Source: Phoronis australis (taxonomy: Eukaryota > Animalia > Phoronida). Taken from it: 64,000 bases of DNA. The DNA lies in assembly GCA_002633005.1 (NCBI GenBank), contig NMRA01000068.1, positions 1,071,092 to 1,135,091 of the forward strand, read 5' to 3'. Shown here one piece after another: positions 62,001 to 64,000 of this stretch (its first letter is position 1; every line of letters begins with the position of its first letter). A program made the position numbers and the translations under genes. The notes beneath the pieces were generated by a model. It was not told the origin of the DNA and did not search any database. It saw nothing but the letters and a program-made list of their open reading frames with translations.

Positions 62001-63447
62001 CCAAATGTTGTATGCATTACAACTAAAGCACATGATCACATCAAACTTTTTCATGAGTGTCTACGGAAGGCAGCCATGGACCCAAGGTCTGGTCTTTTAA
62101 ATTATTTTCAGCATTTCCATTCCTATTTTGTGCAGATTCAAGACAAGTGACTATTATTCAGTGCTCCAGTGCAGTGTGGTTTAAGTGCATGACTGTCAGA
62201 TCCTAACTTGCATTTGATGATCCCAGCATTAACACTACATGTTGGAGCCTGCACTTTAAATTTTACTTGAAATTTGGAGTTTTTACTCAAGATTATACCT
62301 CAAATCTAGGGGTTTTGAAGTGTAAACTAAGACTAAACACTGATCACCAAAAACCATAACATACACAGAATAGACACTTGTCTTGAATTTGAACAAAAGC
62401 AAATCTTAAATTGGTGTACATCTCATATACGTCCAGTTACTTAAATATTTTGCATGTATGCTTGTTTTACTTCTGAGCATTTTTTACTTGTAGGTTTCTG
62501 TGAGCCAATCACAAGCCTGCGTGTCCAGCAGAGCTACGTGGCTCTCTCAGGCAACCTGAAGGTGGCGTTCACACTGGCTTTGGACACGGTGAAGGGCTCG
62601 TACCAAATCCACCTGCGGGAAGTTGGGCACAATACGACACTATTGACTCAGTATACACCCCATGGCTCTATCGAGGGCCAGGTCACATTCCCCTGCGGTG
62701 CCATAGATCATGGAGGGTATTTTGAGTTCAAAATGAAGTATGGTAGTGATTGGTTGGTAACATCCAATCAGTTGCTAGTCTTCTGGCCGGCCATAGTCTT
62801 AAAGGTTCCCAGTGTGCTCACAGCCTTGACAAGCTCAGTCAGTATTGAGGTCGTTTCTACGGGAGCTATATGTGGGTTACCACACAGTGGCTCACGGTAT
62901 TTCTTCGAGTTGATCTTCTCAGATGGAAAAAAGAAGGAGTATGGCGGTTGGCGAGGTGACATGGGTGATTTTGTTGGGGTGGAAAGACGTAATTTTCGAA
63001 TACCCTGCGACATGTTTGACCAACCCGGAGTCTACCAGGTGGCTGTGCGCTGCAACAGCAGTGTGAAGGAGGTCGTTGCCGAGAGTAACAATATGACCGT
63101 TTCAAAAAGTAGTGATTATGACATAGTTCCCGCAAGAGGCAGTGTTCAGCCCTGCTCTATCACGGGCGTGTACAACGTGACTTACAAGAGACCTAGGTGT
63201 TACCATGCCAGTGACTTTATTCGCCTGTATTCTATTAAAAAAGACTTGGAAAGCTCAATTAACTCCCCTGCTGTTAAAAAGAAAGTGCGCGAAAGACGCG
63301 TGAAAAAGAAACACCATTACACGCAGTTCAAATGCAAGTTGTTTCGCAAACACATTCAAACTTACTGCTTCGTTTACGTGAGCATAACTAAGACAGGCAC
63401 AGTAGTGACACATTATGAGAAGTGTATACCTTACGAGGAAGGACCAG
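46943..63447 (+). CDS. THSD1: THSD1-like (thrombospondin type-1 domain-containing protein 1), 5' part
   Basis: Signal-peptide exon 46943-47000 joins in phase 1 to exon 62494-63447 across a 15.5-kb intron; gene continues beyond the window. Confidence 0.8.
48899..50375. repeat. ~740-bp tandem duplication split by N (probable haplotype artefact)
   Basis: 48899-49640 vs 49642-50375, offset 743, few substitutions, N at the poly-G run in both copies. Confidence 0.9.
57470..57612. repeat. Degenerate (CAC/CAT)n trinucleotide tract
   Basis: Directly visible. Confidence 0.85.
59203..59479 (+). mobile_element. MITE with ~19-bp imperfect TIRs
   Basis: ttctccaatttaggattgt ... actgttccaaattggagaa; second copy at 13.9 kb. 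Confidence 0.75.
61012..61300. repeat. 46-bp minisatellite (~6 units) in the THSD1 intron
   Basis: ctggtctgtgagcaacttgttcactgtccaacttgtgatcatattat. Confidence 0.9.
62494..63447 (+). CDS. THSD1: THSD1-like large extracellular exon (three beta-sandwich-like repeats)
   Basis: ttgtag|GT ... CCA G|gtaagt. YVALSGNL, GQVTFPCG..GGYFEF, LLVFWP, TQFKCKLF and YCFVY parallel human THSD1 HVALSND, GTLKFECF..AGDYWF, LKVEWP, TIFNCTLF and YCFDF as remembered. Confidence 0.88.
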
Positions 63448-64000
63448 GTAAGTGATATACGATAATCTGTCCTTGTGTAATGGGCGTGGCTCCATCGTGA
63501 GATAGTGTATTTACTAACAGTGCCGTGGCAGGGTAAAGGAAAGACAATTGCTCATACGTTCGCATCAATTTTTCCCAAATTTCACTTAGATTTGCCTTTG
63601 CGAAGTAATTTCAAAGGAAATTGAGTTCACATTAGTGTGCAAATCACAAAATTCCCTTTACTTGCTTGCACATGAGTAAAGGCTGTCAGTTCTGAAGTAT
63701 GGTTTATGTTTTTGTGTGTTGCAACATTACTGTTAGTCTTGTTAGATAACTTTGTTATCCCCTTGCTAAGGTGGAAGCTTTATTTTTTATGCACCCACAA
63801 AAGTATTTGTGGTCAGACTCAACAGTCTGTCCACCCATTGTCCATGTTTACCTGTGCTTGTCTATTGGTTATCTCTAAAGCCTTTTGATAATGAAACTTG
63901 ACACAGGAAATATTGTGGGATTTACCAGCAGCAGACGATTTTCATCTGGATGCAACTACCATGACATGCATTATTAGCAGTTTTAGCGCTTTGGTTTGAT

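Noticed and set aside
1-64000. tRNA, rRNA, prokaryotic operons or intact transposase/reverse transcriptase genes
   Set aside because: None recognisable; no long non-exonic ORF with such motifs.

Overview
Eukaryotic (metazoan, probably marine invertebrate) genomic scaffold, AT-rich, with GT-AG introns and six single-N assembly junctions (14883, 22864, 25275, 49519, 49641, 50246). Most ORF-track entries are spurious. Manual splice and phase reconstruction gives four genes: (1) the 3' half of a VWA3B orthologue (+, 812-18144) with extra C-terminal DUF4537/Tudor-like modules; (2) CNOT7/CAF1 deadenylase (-, 28851-21515), with central exon(s) apparently lost at an N gap; (3) a complete 6-exon, 200-aa four-TM protein resembling TMEM217/LAPTM-type proteins (-, 42004-35367), not represented as a gene in the ORF track; (4) the 5' part of a THSD1 orthologue (+; signal-peptide exon 46943-47000, large exon 62494-63447). 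Introns hold many MITEs, Helentron-like non-autonomous elements, a decayed LINE ORF1 and mini/microsatellites. The most striking pattern is that several minisatellites are tandem amplifications of exon-intron junctions themselves, giving arrays of decoy splice sites in three different genes. Two tandem duplications are probably haplotype-assembly artefacts. Family assignments rest on remembered protein motifs; no database search was run.
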